Virus record (IMG/VR): IMGVR_UViG_3300043425_000840
DNA from: a virus
Taxonomy: Duplodnaviria; Heunggongvirae; Uroviricota; Caudoviricetes
Length of the DNA: 58,566 nt
Direction: 5' to 3' (one strand)
Both the position numbers and the translations under genes were made by a program. Under the pieces are notes generated by a model. That model was not told where the DNA came from and ran no database searches. It saw only the letters and a program-made list of their open reading frames with translations. Every line of letters starts with the position of its first letter. The stretch's first letter is position 1. This document shows positions 8,635 to 18,498 of this stretch, piece by piece.

Positions 8635-9471
8635 ATGATATCGTATATTGGAGGAAAAGCTAGAATTGGTAAGTGGATAAAGGAATATATCCCAAAGGAC
8701 ATTGAAACCTACGTAGAAGGGTTTTCAGGTATGTTTTGGGTGTTTTTCAATATGGACTTAAAAGATTACCCTAACCTTAAGACTGTCGTTTATAATGACT
8801 ATAACAGGTTAAATTATAACTTGATGAAATGGGCCAAAAACTACGATATTCTATGGAGTGCATTGTCACAATACCCTTGCCAACAATTAGGCGTTGTTGA
8901 CACTCCTGTCGAATATGGACAAATGTTTGCTCAGTATCAACAAGAGATATTCGACGAGAACTTAGTCATCACTGATGAGAATAGTTTGGAGATTGCGTGT
9001 AAGTATGTTTACGTGTTGGGACAAGTATTCTCAGGTTCAAAACCTGAAACTGCGTCTTATATGGATTACAAAGGAAAATATCGTTGTAAAGTGTTGGTTT
9101 TTATGGATAAGTTAAAGAATCCAAAATATAGAGAACATTTCGATAAAATTACTTTTGTTGAGAATACCGATTTCCAACAAGTAGTTGAAAAATATGATTC
9201 ACCAACAACATATTTCTATATGGACCCACCATATTGGAAAACCGAAAATTACTATTCAAACCACGATTTTGATGTGAATGACCACTTAAGATTGGCGGAT
9301 TGTATTAAAGGTATACAAGGTAAATTTAGTCTATCATATTACGATTTTCCACAATTATCGGAGTGGTTCCCAAAAGAAGATTATCGTTGGGAACAGAAAG
9401 ATTTCAGTAAAGCGGCGTCTACCAAGAAAGAAAAGAACGTGGGAACTGAACTCCTAATAATGAACTATTAG
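8635..9471 (+). CDS. DNA adenine N6-methyltransferase, D12/Dam family
   Basis: SYIGGKARI, YVEGFSG (motif I variant), VVYNDYN and FYMDPPY (motif IV). Confidence 0.9.
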   Translation: MISYIGGKARIGKWIKEYIPKDIETYVEGFSGMFWVFFNMDLKDYPNLKTVVYNDYNRLNYNLMKWAKNYDILWSALSQYPCQQLGVVDTPVEYGQMFAQYQQEIFDENLVITDENSLEIACKYVYVLGQVFSGSKPETASYMDYKGKYRCKVLVFMDKLKNPKYREHFDKITFVENTDFQQVVEKYDSPTTYFYMDPPYWKTENYYSNHDFDVNDHLRLADCIKGIQGKFSLSYYDFPQLSEWFPKEDYRWEQKDFSKAASTKKEKNVGTELLIMNY

Positions 9472-9475
9472 TTCA

Positions 9476-9482
9476 TATTTAT
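9476..9482 (+). promoter_or_regulatory. TATTTAT motif (putative phage late promoter) upstream of nusG
   Basis: Same heptamer recurs upstream of the structural genes; 15 nt before the ATG. Confidence 0.4.
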
Positions 9483-9497
9483 AAAAATAATTTAATT

Positions 9498-10022
9498 ATG
9501 AGTACAAGTTGGTATGTGGTAAAAGTTTTACCAGGTAAGGAAAGACAATTAACCGAACAATATAATAAGGAAATTTCTTTGGGTAGTATTAAAAACATCC
9601 TTAGATTTGTGTGTCCTCTTGAAAAAAACTTGGTTGTTGTAAAAAACAAAAAAGTGATTAGAGAAAAGGTTCTTTATAGTGGATATCTTTATTTCGAAAC
9701 TAAACAAAAATTGAATGATGATGACCTTAAAGTGATTGCTCATCAACAATCAATTATGGGGATACTTGGGGATAAAACACCAGTACTTTTAAGAGAAAGT
9801 GATGTTGCAAGAATTTTAAAAGATGAAGTTCTTGATGAGCATATACAATCTAAAAAAATTACATTAAACAGCGGTGACATTGTTTCAATATCTGATGGTG
9901 CATTTAGTGGATTTAATGGTGTGATATCGTCAGTTAAAGGAGACAAAGTGGATGTTGAGGTTAAGATATTTGGTAGAGGAACGATTGTTACTGTTGGTAT
10001 TGAGCACGTAGAAAAAGTATAA
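9498..10022 (+). CDS. nusG: Transcription elongation/antitermination factor, NusG family (NGN plus KOW)
   Basis: WYVVKVLPGKE, LYSGYLY, GDIVSISDGAFSGFNGVI and VEVKIFGR. Confidence 0.9.
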   Translation: MSTSWYVVKVLPGKERQLTEQYNKEISLGSIKNILRFVCPLEKNLVVVKNKKVIREKVLYSGYLYFETKQKLNDDDLKVIAHQQSIMGILGDKTPVLLRESDVARILKDEVLDEHIQSKKITLNSGDIVSISDGAFSGFNGVISSVKGDKVDVEVKIFGRGTIVTVGIEHVEKV

Positions 10023-10303
10023 TGAATTATAAACCTGAAGTTTTAATTTATTTAAACCAAATCAAATCGTTTTTATCAAAAAACGAAGAAGCTCGTTCTT
10101 ATTTTATGTCAAGTATAAATCCTGACATTTTTTATGATGAGCTGTGTAAAATATCCGAAAAAAATTTCGATTCCCTCGGTGAACCAAACTTAACACAAGA
10201 ACAGTTTGAGGAACTAAAAAAAACTATCATCACGAAACAAACAGAAAGAAAAGCATTCAACCCAATCGTAACCACAAAATTTGGTACATACTCTTTGAAT
10301 TAA
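10022..10303 (+). CDS. Hypothetical protein (93 aa)
   Basis: TAATG-coupled to nusG. Confidence 0.7.
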   Translation: MNYKPEVLIYLNQIKSFLSKNEEARSYFMSSINPDIFYDELCKISEKNFDSLGEPNLTQEQFEELKKTIITKQTERKAFNPIVTTKFGTYSLN

Positions 10304-10339
10304 CTTTTCTATTAAACAATTTTTAATTATCTTTCTATT

Positions 10340-11410
10340 ATGAAAAGAATCTTACCTTCAGAACTGAAGTTATATGACTCAGTGTATTCGAACGACTTCC
10401 CCGATAGTCAATACTTCATTGTGTTGTTTGGTGATATGCCGTCGAAATATAGTAATAGAACATATTACGACCCTAAAGTTCTTGAATACTTTAAACGAGA
10501 AGGTTATGTTGTAACTCATAAGATTGAGAATACAAAAAAGAACTATGATATTGCGATTGAGAGTCTATTAATCCATAATGAAAAACAAATTATGGTTCGA
10601 GCAGACCTTTCAACTGAGAAAAAAACTGAAATCATAACTCTTGACGTTCTTTACAATTTGAAAAATGGTGAAATTAATTCACAAATTAATTTTGATGAGA
10701 TAAGTAAATTCATTAAAGAAAAGAAGAGAGCAAACATTCAATTGGTTAAAAGTGAAATGGGTCATTTGGATACTGAGGAATATGATTTACCCGTTCCTGA
10801 TATGGATTTGGAATTGAATTATGGTTCTGAATTTAAAAAGATTCACGATATCATTATTAAAAGATTAAATAAAACTAACGATAAGGGAATTATTTTATTA
10901 CACGGAGACCCTGGTACAGGTAAGACCTCTTACTTAAAATATTTAACCAAATACGTTCAAGACAAAGATATTTTATTCATCCCACCATCAATGGCTGAGA
11001 TGTTATCTGAACCATCGATTATACCATTCTTGATGGAAAAGAAAAATAGTATTTTAATTATTGAAGATGCCGAACGTGTCATATCGGATAGAGAAGGTAA
11101 TGGTTCACCTGCTGGTGTATCAAATATCTTAAACCTAACTGATGGTATATTAGGTGATTGTTTAAATATACAAGTAATTGCAACCTTCAATATGAAAAGA
11201 GAAAGAATCGACCAAGCGTTACTTCGAAAAGGTAGATTAATCGCCGAACATAAGTTTGAAAAACTACCATTGGACGAAACAAATAAATTGTTGGACCATT
11301 TAGGTAAAAATCATAAATCAAATGAACCAATGAGTTTGGCTGATATATATAATGTAGACTCCGATGAAGTCAGAATAACAAAAGAAAAAAAATCAATAGG
11401 ATTCCAATGA
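10340..11410 (+). CDS. AAA+ ATPase
   Basis: Walker A ILLHGDPGTGKT, Walker B LIIEDAE, sensor TFN and arginine finger ALLRKGR. Confidence 0.9.
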   Translation: MKRILPSELKLYDSVYSNDFPDSQYFIVLFGDMPSKYSNRTYYDPKVLEYFKREGYVVTHKIENTKKNYDIAIESLLIHNEKQIMVRADLSTEKKTEIITLDVLYNLKNGEINSQINFDEISKFIKEKKRANIQLVKSEMGHLDTEEYDLPVPDMDLELNYGSEFKKIHDIIIKRLNKTNDKGIILLHGDPGTGKTSYLKYLTKYVQDKDILFIPPSMAEMLSEPSIIPFLMEKKNSILIIEDAERVISDREGNGSPAGVSNILNLTDGILGDCLNIQVIATFNMKRERIDQALLRKGRLIAEHKFEKLPLDETNKLLDHLGKNHKSNEPMSLADIYNVDSDEVRITKEKKSIGFQ

Positions 11411-11721
11411 GACAATTAACAACAGAACAATTAACAGAAAAACTAAATAATAATGAGAAAGTATTGGTAGACTTTTTCGCCACTTGGTGTGGACCTTGTA
11501 AGGCTTTAGTACCAACTTTAGAATCAATCCAAAACAATTATGAGGGAGTTGAATTTGTAAAGTTAGATGTTGACCAAAATACGGACTTAGCAATGCAGAT
11601 GGGAGTTAGAAGTGTTCCAACAGTTATTTTATTTGAAGGTAAAAAAGAAGTATTCAGAGCAACAGGAGCAAACACTAAAAATTTCTATGATAAAGTGATA
11701 ACTGAATCATTTAATTTATAG
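11407..11721 (+). CDS. trxA: Thioredoxin
   Basis: VDFFATWCGPCK and VRSVPT. Confidence 0.9.
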   Translation: MRQLTTEQLTEKLNNNEKVLVDFFATWCGPCKALVPTLESIQNNYEGVEFVKLDVDQNTDLAMQMGVRSVPTVILFEGKKEVFRATGANTKNFYDKVITESFNL

Positions 11722-11722
11722 T

Positions 11723-11995
11723 ATGAGTAACACGATTATTATTTTTACTTTAAAAACTTGTGGACACTGTGCCAATTTAAAAGAAAAATTAACAGAATTA
11801 TCAATTCCGTATGAAGAATTGGAAATAAATCAGAATCGACCTATATGGGACCAAGTGGTTAGTCAAACAGGTCATAATTTATTACCGACAATATTCATAA
11901 AGAAAGAAAACGATGACACAGGACCTATTTTTATACCAGGTCGAGACTTCCAAAATCAAGATGAGGCGGTTGAAATAATCAAAAATTACGTTTAA
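11723..11995 (+). CDS. Glutaredoxin/NrdH-like redoxin
   Basis: TLKTCGHC and LLPTIFI (cis-Pro loop). Confidence 0.8.
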   Translation: MSNTIIIFTLKTCGHCANLKEKLTELSIPYEELEINQNRPIWDQVVSQTGHNLLPTIFIKKENDDTGPIFIPGRDFQNQDEAVEIIKNYV

Positions 11996-11998
11996 AAT

Positions 11999-12027
11999 AA
12001 AAAGGGATTAAAAAAATCCCTTTTTTT
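11999..12027 (+). terminator. Intrinsic terminator
   Basis: AAAAAGGGATT-aaaaa-AATCCCTTTTTTT after the redoxin gene. Confidence 0.85.
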
Positions 12028-12050
12028 ATGCTGACATCTGAAATAAAAAG

Positions 12051-12072
12051 TATTTATGTAAAAGACTTTACA
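12051..12072 (+). promoter_or_regulatory. TATTTAT putative late promoter followed by a 6-bp hairpin TGTAAA-AGAC-TTTACA
   Basis: Lies between a terminator and the first fibre gene. Confidence 0.5.
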
Positions 12073-12077
12073 TTTCA

Positions 12078-12848
12078 ATGGCGTTACAACAGATTAATTG
12101 GTTACAAATCGACACAGCATACGTTCCTTCAGGTTCTGAAGTGAATTTAGGTGCTATCTCGGGTTCGTTACATTCCATCTATGCTGACCATATATACATT
12201 TCAGGACAATTATTATCAAATAGTGATGAGTTAAATTATTGGTCGGCGTCGATTAAAGAAGCAATTGAGACTACAGGGTCAAATCTAACCGTAAAGGGTA
12301 ATTTAATAGTTAAAGGTACAACAACCGCAGTAGAGTCGAATGTTGTTACAATTGGTGACAATATTGTTGAGTTAAATGGGACTGAGGCAGCGTTCGGTGG
12401 TTTATTAGTTAAAGACCCTACATCACCTAACACTATTTCAGGTTCATTACTTTGGGATACACTCAATGATAAGTGGATTGGGGGTCCTTTAGGTAGTGAA
12501 GAGGGGTTTATACAAGACACACAATTCACAAATTTTTCAAGTTCAGTTGCGATTGCCATCGAAGAGAGTGGTATATGGAGACCAACAGGTTCATATTATG
12601 CAACAACAAATGATTTACAAGTTACAGGTTCTGTAAGAATAAAAGGTGATTTATTAGTTGAGGGACAAACAACATTAGTCCAAAAATTAGACCCAAATGT
12701 TGAGTCACTTGTGGTTTCTGGTGCTATGAATGTTGTTCAAAATCAAATAAATGCACAAGTCATTGCGGCGTCTCTTAAAATACAGGGATTAGGTGAAATG
12801 GCTGACGTAAGTAAATTTGCTGTTATTGACTGTGGTGGATTTTTCTAA
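12078..12848 (+). CDS. Virion structural/tail-fibre-related protein
   Basis: S/T/G-rich beta-strand repeats; shares the DNIVELN...FGGLLV.D...SLLWD..NDKW module with the next three genes. Confidence 0.7.
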   Translation: MALQQINWLQIDTAYVPSGSEVNLGAISGSLHSIYADHIYISGQLLSNSDELNYWSASIKEAIETTGSNLTVKGNLIVKGTTTAVESNVVTIGDNIVELNGTEAAFGGLLVKDPTSPNTISGSLLWDTLNDKWIGGPLGSEEGFIQDTQFTNFSSSVAIAIEESGIWRPTGSYYATTNDLQVTGSVRIKGDLLVEGQTTLVQKLDPNVESLVVSGAMNVVQNQINAQVIAASLKIQGLGEMADVSKFAVIDCGGFF

Positions 12849-12860
12849 TTAAAAATAAAG

Positions 12861-12867
12861 TATTTAT
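12861..12867 (+). promoter_or_regulatory. TATTTAT putative late promoter
   Basis: AAGTATTTATAT, 22 nt before the ATG at 12890. Confidence 0.5.
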
Positions 12868-12889
12868 ATAAAAGAATTAAAATTACAAT

Positions 12890-14833
12890 ATGGCACAAAT
12901 AATTAAACACAGAAGAGGTGGTATCGGGACACTAAAAGACGTAACCGCTAGAGTCGGTGAATTAGTGATGACCACAGGTTCGATTAATGACCTAAACGGA
13001 CCGATGGTATTCATTGGTGAAACTGAAGGTGTTGCAGGGGCTTATAGACCAGTATCTAAGATATTCCAAGGTTCTGTTGCCCCAACAATATCTGTTGGTT
13101 CTTACGGTTCAGTAATCGATGGTACACCATTCTACGCTTCAGGTAATAAATCTCTTTATGTTTTAAGTAAAGATGGTAACAATAGACTTGACTTAACAGG
13201 TAACATCGAGGGAAATACAATCTCAGGAGTAACGATACAAAACATAAATGGAGATGTGAATTTGGATGGTGACCTTTTTATTACAGGTAACACAACTCAA
13301 ACAGGTTCAATCGATTTAACAGGTAATGTAACTTTAGGTGGTAACATCACAATCGGTAATCAAACAACCGATTTAGTAGTTTTCCAAGGTGAAGTTAGTT
13401 CATCAATCCTACCTGAAGTTAACAATGCATTTGATTTAGGTGCACCAAACCAAGCTTGGAGAGACTTATATGTTTCAGGAACAGCACACGTAGGTACGTT
13501 AGATGCGGGTACAATCAGTTTGAGTGGTATCACAGTATTTGAAGATTTAGTTGTCCAAGGAGATACTTTCTTAGGTAACGGTGCAGGTGATGAAGTTTTC
13601 ATCACAGGTAACACATATATTGGTAATTTAACTGACAATAGAGTAGTTATTGTAGGTTCAAATGGTTTATTAGAAGATGATGCAAATTTCACATTTGATG
13701 GTACAACATTAAAAGTGGGTGTTGGTCATTTTGAACTTGCACAATCATCAGGAAATGTTAGAACATCAGGTTCTGTATATGCTGAAGGTCAAGGTACATT
13801 TAATAATGGACTATCCGTAAGTGGAGCAACAAACCTTTACGGTGTCTTGGATGTACATAGTACTACTGAACTTATGGGTTCTGTTGGTATCAATTCAACT
13901 TTAGATGTTACAGGTTCAGTGTTACTTAAAAGTACGTTAGATGTTAATCAAATGGCAACATTTGCACACGCAACTGTTGAAGACTTGGTTCAAGACGGTA
14001 TAGTAACTGCGGGTGCAAACGGTGAACTACAAAACATATCAGGTTTTACATTTGATGGAAGTGTTTTTAAAGTAGGTTCAGGTCATTTTGAAGTGGACAA
14101 TGTTGATGGTGATGTGAGAACATCAGGTTCTTTAACACTTGGTAACGACTTAAATGTTGTTGACGATGTTAATATTGGTGGTGAGTTAACTGTAACAGGA
14201 AACACATATTTACAAAGTAATCTATATGTTTCAGGTAATTTAGAAATTTTAGGAAGTGCAACAAATGTAACAATACAATCAACAACAGTTGAAATTGACG
14301 ATAATATCATTAGATTAAATGCATATTCACCATTTGAAAGATATGCAGGTTTTGAAGTAATTGATTCCGGTTCTTCAGGTGTTTCAGCGTCTCTAGTTTG
14401 GGATTCATTAAACGATTATTGGATGTTCGTTTCTGCAAGTGGTCAATCAAGTAAATTGATTGGTACAACCGCAGGTACTTACGGTTCTGAAGTTAGTTTA
14501 ACAACAAACACAATACCAAAAGCAACAGGATTAAACAATATTGGTGATAGTTTATTAACCGATAACGGTACAACTTTATCATATAACACAAATAAATTCC
14601 AAGTAACGGCATCAAACGGTGACACCACAATTGCGGGTAATGTAACATTATCTTACTCAGGTGGTACTGATAACGGAACCAAAACATCTGCAGTTGTTTT
14701 CAAAAACAGTTCAAATGTTTTAGGTTATGTTTCAACAACTGAATCAACTGATGTTCTTGACGGTATATTAGGTTATAAAAATTCAGATGGTACATTGAAA
14801 TTCTCTACTGTCATCGATGGTGGGGTATATTAA
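12890..14833 (+). CDS. Tail fibre/spike-like protein
   Basis: N-terminus MAQIIKHRRG...VGELV (Mtd-N/hyaluronidase-N-like fibre anchor), repeated L.V.G.. beta motifs, duplicated L..NR/DG.V..G.NG.L...ANFTFDG unit, C-terminal IDGGVY. Confidence 0.75.
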   Translation: MAQIIKHRRGGIGTLKDVTARVGELVMTTGSINDLNGPMVFIGETEGVAGAYRPVSKIFQGSVAPTISVGSYGSVIDGTPFYASGNKSLYVLSKDGNNRLDLTGNIEGNTISGVTIQNINGDVNLDGDLFITGNTTQTGSIDLTGNVTLGGNITIGNQTTDLVVFQGEVSSSILPEVNNAFDLGAPNQAWRDLYVSGTAHVGTLDAGTISLSGITVFEDLVVQGDTFLGNGAGDEVFITGNTYIGNLTDNRVVIVGSNGLLEDDANFTFDGTTLKVGVGHFELAQSSGNVRTSGSVYAEGQGTFNNGLSVSGATNLYGVLDVHSTTELMGSVGINSTLDVTGSVLLKSTLDVNQMATFAHATVEDLVQDGIVTAGANGELQNISGFTFDGSVFKVGSGHFEVDNVDGDVRTSGSLTLGNDLNVVDDVNIGGELTVTGNTYLQSNLYVSGNLEILGSATNVTIQSTTVEIDDNIIRLNAYSPFERYAGFEVIDSGSSGVSASLVWDSLNDYWMFVSASGQSSKLIGTTAGTYGSEVSLTTNTIPKATGLNNIGDSLLTDNGTTLSYNTNKFQVTASNGDTTIAGNVTLSYSGGTDNGTKTSAVVFKNSSNVLGYVSTTESTDVLDGILGYKNSDGTLKFSTVIDGGVY

Positions 14834-14852
14834 ATAAATTAAATATAATATT

Positions 14853-14880
14853 AAAGGGAACTCACAAGGTTCCCTTTTTT
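14853..14880 (+). terminator. Intrinsic terminator
   Basis: AAAGGGAAC-tcacaag-GTTCCCTTTTTT. Confidence 0.85.
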
Positions 14881-14904
14881 ATTTACTTAAATGAAATTTT
14901 TGTG

Positions 14905-14911
14905 TATTTAT
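14905..14911 (+). promoter_or_regulatory. TATTTAT putative late promoter
   Basis: GTGTATTTATAT just downstream of the terminator. Confidence 0.5.
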
Positions 14912-14916
14912 ATTAT

Positions 14917-14963
14917 GACCTACATAGGTCTAATTAACCGTGGTACATACCACAAATACATAG
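14917..14963 (+). promoter_or_regulatory. Structured 5' leader: two 5-bp hairpins with identical ACAT loops plus a third TACATA
   Basis: GACCT-ACAT-AGGTC (14917-14930), GTGGT-ACAT-ACCAC (14940-14953) and TACATAG (14957-14963). Confidence 0.55.
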
Positions 14964-14979
14964 AGAGAGAACCATATAT

Positions 14980-17900
14980 ATGGCACAAATAGTAAAACTG
15001 CGTAGGAGTAGTGTATCCGGTCAAAAACCCACTAACTCAAATTTACAATTAGGTGAATTAGCATTGAACACTACCGATGGTAAAGTGTTTATGGCGGTTT
15101 CAGGTTCTCTCGGACCAACAGTTGAGGAGTTAATCTCAACGAACACGGTTAATACAGGTTCAATAAATTTAGTTGGTGATATTACGGCATCAAACTTTAC
15201 CGGTTCATTTAAAGGGGATGGTAGTGGATTATATAATATTCCATTAACAGGAGTTACAAATCTCACAACAATTTCTGGTTCGTTAGATACGAGATTAGAC
15301 GCACTTGAATCATATAGCTCATCACAATTAGTACCATCCGCGTCAATGTCATTTAGAACATTACAAACAGATGTGTATTGTAAAAACACAACAGGAACAC
15401 AAATAAATAAGGGAACTGTTGTTAGAATTGCAGGTTCTGTAGGTGATAATCCTTTAATATCAATTGCGGACCCGAATACTGAACATTCATCAGCAAACAC
15501 ATTAGGTATAACAACACAAGATATACCAAATGATGGATTTGGTTTGGTTATTACTGAAGGTGTTTTAGTAGGTGTTAATACCGATGGAATGACTGGTGGT
15601 GATTTACTTTATTTAGGAGCAAATGGTACATTTACCACAACAACACCTATAGCACCTGCTCACGGAGTAAGATTAGGTGAAGTATTAAGAGTCCAACAAA
15701 ATAACGGTTCAATCTATGTTCGTATCGATAACGGTATGGAATTGAACGAAGCTCACGATGTAATTTATTCAGGAATCACAACAGGTGATTTATTAATAAG
15801 GAGTGGAAGTGTTTGGAAAAATAGTAAAAGTTTAAATGGTGATTATACCGTTACAGGTAGTTTAACAATTACTCAAAACTTAAATGTATTAGGTTCAGCA
15901 TCAATAGTATATTCGACAGCATCACAATTAATTGTTGAAGATAATATTATTGTGGTTAATGCTTCTTATCCGGCATTAAGATTTGCAGGTATTGAAGTAC
16001 ACGATTCAGGTTCTAATGGTTCGGTAACGGCATCATTATTATGGGATGGTCAAAACAATAGATGGATTTATCAAAATAGCTCAGAAGCACATTACGGCGG
16101 AGCAATGTTTATTGCCGGACCAAGAAATACAGGTTCTTTAGGAGATGAACAAACGCTAACCAATGGTAGAATACCAAAATCAATTGGTGGAGACCACATA
16201 GGAGATTCGATAATATCTGAAACCGGTACAACGATAACAATTGGTGGTAATTTAATTGTAGATTCTATCACTGGTTCATTTGATTTCTTTGGTTTAATAA
16301 ACAGACCTACATTAGTTTCAGGTTCATCACAAATTGAAATTACAGGAACGACAGGATATTCAGAATTTAGTTCAAGTATTTCAACATCAATAGGTTCTTT
16401 AAGTTCATCAATTGCAACAACAACAAATGATTTAGATGGTAGGTTAGATTCTATAGAATTAACGACGGGTTCGTTAAATACATACACTAGCTCTAACAAC
16501 ACTAATATTGATGCGATTCATACTGCAACGAGTAGTTTAAATTCATTTACCACATCATATAATACAGGTTCGTTTACGGGTTCATTTATTGGTGATGGTA
16601 TTGGTTTATATAATATTCCAGCAACAGGTGTTACAGGATTACAATTGGATAAAATTATTAATGGTAATGCAAGTGCATCTATTAATAATGATGGGTTTTA
16701 TGTAAACAGAAATGTTTATATTGATGGAACAATTACAGCAAAAGAAGTTTATACTAACTATGTCACATCTTCAGTTTTATTTGAAAGTGGTAGTACTAAG
16801 TTTGGTAACACAATTGACGATACACATCAGTTTACTGGTTCAGTTTATATTTCAGGGTCAATCATTTCTTCAGAAACTTCATTAGTGTCAGGTTCTTCAC
16901 AGATAGACATTACAAATACAACGGGATACTCTACATTTAGTGGTTCGATAAAAAATAGTATTGATGATGTGACAGGTTCAATCATTGCTTTGTCTTCTTC
17001 TGTAAAAGTTAGAATAGATGATGTTACCGGTTCAATCATTGCACTATCTTCATCAGTAAAGAATAGAGTTGACGAAGTTACTGGTTCCGTTATTGCGTTA
17101 TCTTCATCCGTAAAAAATAGAATTGATGAGGTTACCAGCTCAGTTGTATTTCTATCTTCATCCGTAAAAAATAGAATCGATGAAGTTACTGGTTCAATTG
17201 TTGCGTTATCATCATCAGTAAATGTTAGAATAGATAATGTAACAGGTTCTATCACTAACTTATCTTCATCTGTAAATGTTAGAATAGATAGCGTAACAGG
17301 TTCTATCACTAGTTTATCATCATCAGTTAAAAATAGTTTTGATACTATTACAGGGTCCATCACTAACTTATCTTCATCTGTAAATGTTAGAATAGATAGT
17401 TTAACGGGTTCTATTGATTCATTAAACACCTTCAGTTCAAGTGTTGTATTAACATCACAAACGTCTTCAATGTCCGTGTTAACAGCATCATATGCGGTAA
17501 CTGCGGCATTTGCATTAAATGCTGGTGGTGGCGGTGGTCAAGGTACCACATATGTTCATACACAATCATCGGCCTCAACAACTTGGACAGTTACACACAA
17601 TTTAGGTGAGAGATATCCGGCAATCGTTGTATTCGACTCATCAGGTAATGTAATCATACCAACAAACATATCAGCACAATCAACAAGTACATTAGTTGTA
17701 ACATTCTCATCTGCACAAACAGGTAAAGTTAGTGCAACTGTTGGTGGAGGGTTACCTACTATTAGTGCAAGTTATGAAGGAAGAGTATTGGCGGTTCATA
17801 ACGATGAACCGATTTGGAAAGCGGGTATAATTTCAGGTTCACAACAACTTGGTAATTTGGGTTTTGCAACCACAGGTTCAAATACATTTTATGGTAATCA

Positions 17901-18498
17901 AATTATAAGCGGAACAACAACAATTGGTAATGCTGCGATAGGTTCTAAATGTGTAACAATCTCAAGTAACACTGCACTATTTAATTTGGGAACTTTTGAT
18001 GGTGCTAATTTTGATTATGTAGTTAAAAATGGTTCAAATATGAGGGCGGGTCTTATAATGTCTGTTTGGGATGGTTCATTTGCGAGATATAATGAAAGCT
18101 CAACAATGGATTTAGGTTCCACAAGTGGTGTCACATTTACCGTTTCAGGACTTGGAGTATTAACCGCAAATATTGCGTCAGGAACTTGGACCGTGGAAGT
18201 TTTATATAGAGCACTCGGATGTTCTACAATTAGCCCACCTTCATCCCCATCATCAACAAATTATTCAATAAGTACAGGGTACACTGCACCTAATTATTGT
18301 AATGGTTTATTTGGTTCAGACCAAACAGTTTATGGTAATGATTCGGCTTGGACATCTGTTACAAGATTCTACACTAATAGTGGAATGACAACACCATTTA
18401 ATGGTGGAAATTTATGGTATGGAGACTCAACTGCGTACTTCGGAACCACTCTACAAATTGATAGTGATGGATATGTAATTGATAGTTACGCTTGTTAA
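14980..18498 (+). CDS. Long tail fibre protein (1172 aa) with coiled-coil repeats
   Basis: MAQIVKLRRSSVSGQKP...LGELALNTTDGKVF fibre N-terminus; very S/T/G-rich; nine 18-aa repeats; distinct C-terminal domain. Confidence 0.8.
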   Translation: MAQIVKLRRSSVSGQKPTNSNLQLGELALNTTDGKVFMAVSGSLGPTVEELISTNTVNTGSINLVGDITASNFTGSFKGDGSGLYNIPLTGVTNLTTISGSLDTRLDALESYSSSQLVPSASMSFRTLQTDVYCKNTTGTQINKGTVVRIAGSVGDNPLISIADPNTEHSSANTLGITTQDIPNDGFGLVITEGVLVGVNTDGMTGGDLLYLGANGTFTTTTPIAPAHGVRLGEVLRVQQNNGSIYVRIDNGMELNEAHDVIYSGITTGDLLIRSGSVWKNSKSLNGDYTVTGSLTITQNLNVLGSASIVYSTASQLIVEDNIIVVNASYPALRFAGIEVHDSGSNGSVTASLLWDGQNNRWIYQNSSEAHYGGAMFIAGPRNTGSLGDEQTLTNGRIPKSIGGDHIGDSIISETGTTITIGGNLIVDSITGSFDFFGLINRPTLVSGSSQIEITGTTGYSEFSSSISTSIGSLSSSIATTTNDLDGRLDSIELTTGSLNTYTSSNNTNIDAIHTATSSLNSFTTSYNTGSFTGSFIGDGIGLYNIPATGVTGLQLDKIINGNASASINNDGFYVNRNVYIDGTITAKEVYTNYVTSSVLFESGSTKFGNTIDDTHQFTGSVYISGSIISSETSLVSGSSQIDITNTTGYSTFSGSIKNSIDDVTGSIIALSSSVKVRIDDVTGSIIALSSSVKNRVDEVTGSVIALSSSVKNRIDEVTSSVVFLSSSVKNRIDEVTGSIVALSSSVNVRIDNVTGSITNLSSSVNVRIDSVTGSITSLSSSVKNSFDTITGSITNLSSSVNVRIDSLTGSIDSLNTFSSSVVLTSQTSSMSVLTASYAVTAAFALNAGGGGGQGTTYVHTQSSASTTWTVTHNLGERYPAIVVFDSSGNVIIPTNISAQSTSTLVVTFSSAQTGKVSATVGGGLPTISASYEGRVLAVHNDEPIWKAGIISGSQQLGNLGFATTGSNTFYGNQIISGTTTIGNAAIGSKCVTISSNTALFNLGTFDGANFDYVVKNGSNMRAGLIMSVWDGSFARYNESSTMDLGSTSGVTFTVSGLGVLTANIASGTWTVEVLYRALGCSTISPPSSPSSTNYSISTGYTAPNYCNGLFGSDQTVYGNDSAWTSVTRFYTNSGMTTPFNGGNLWYGDSTAYFGTTLQIDSDGYVIDSYAC
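16948..17433 (+). repeat. Nine tandem 54-bp (18-aa) repeats, consensus V(K/N)(N/V)RID.VTGSI..LSSS
   Basis: Read from the translation; 18 = 7+11 coiled-coil periodicity. Confidence 0.9.
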
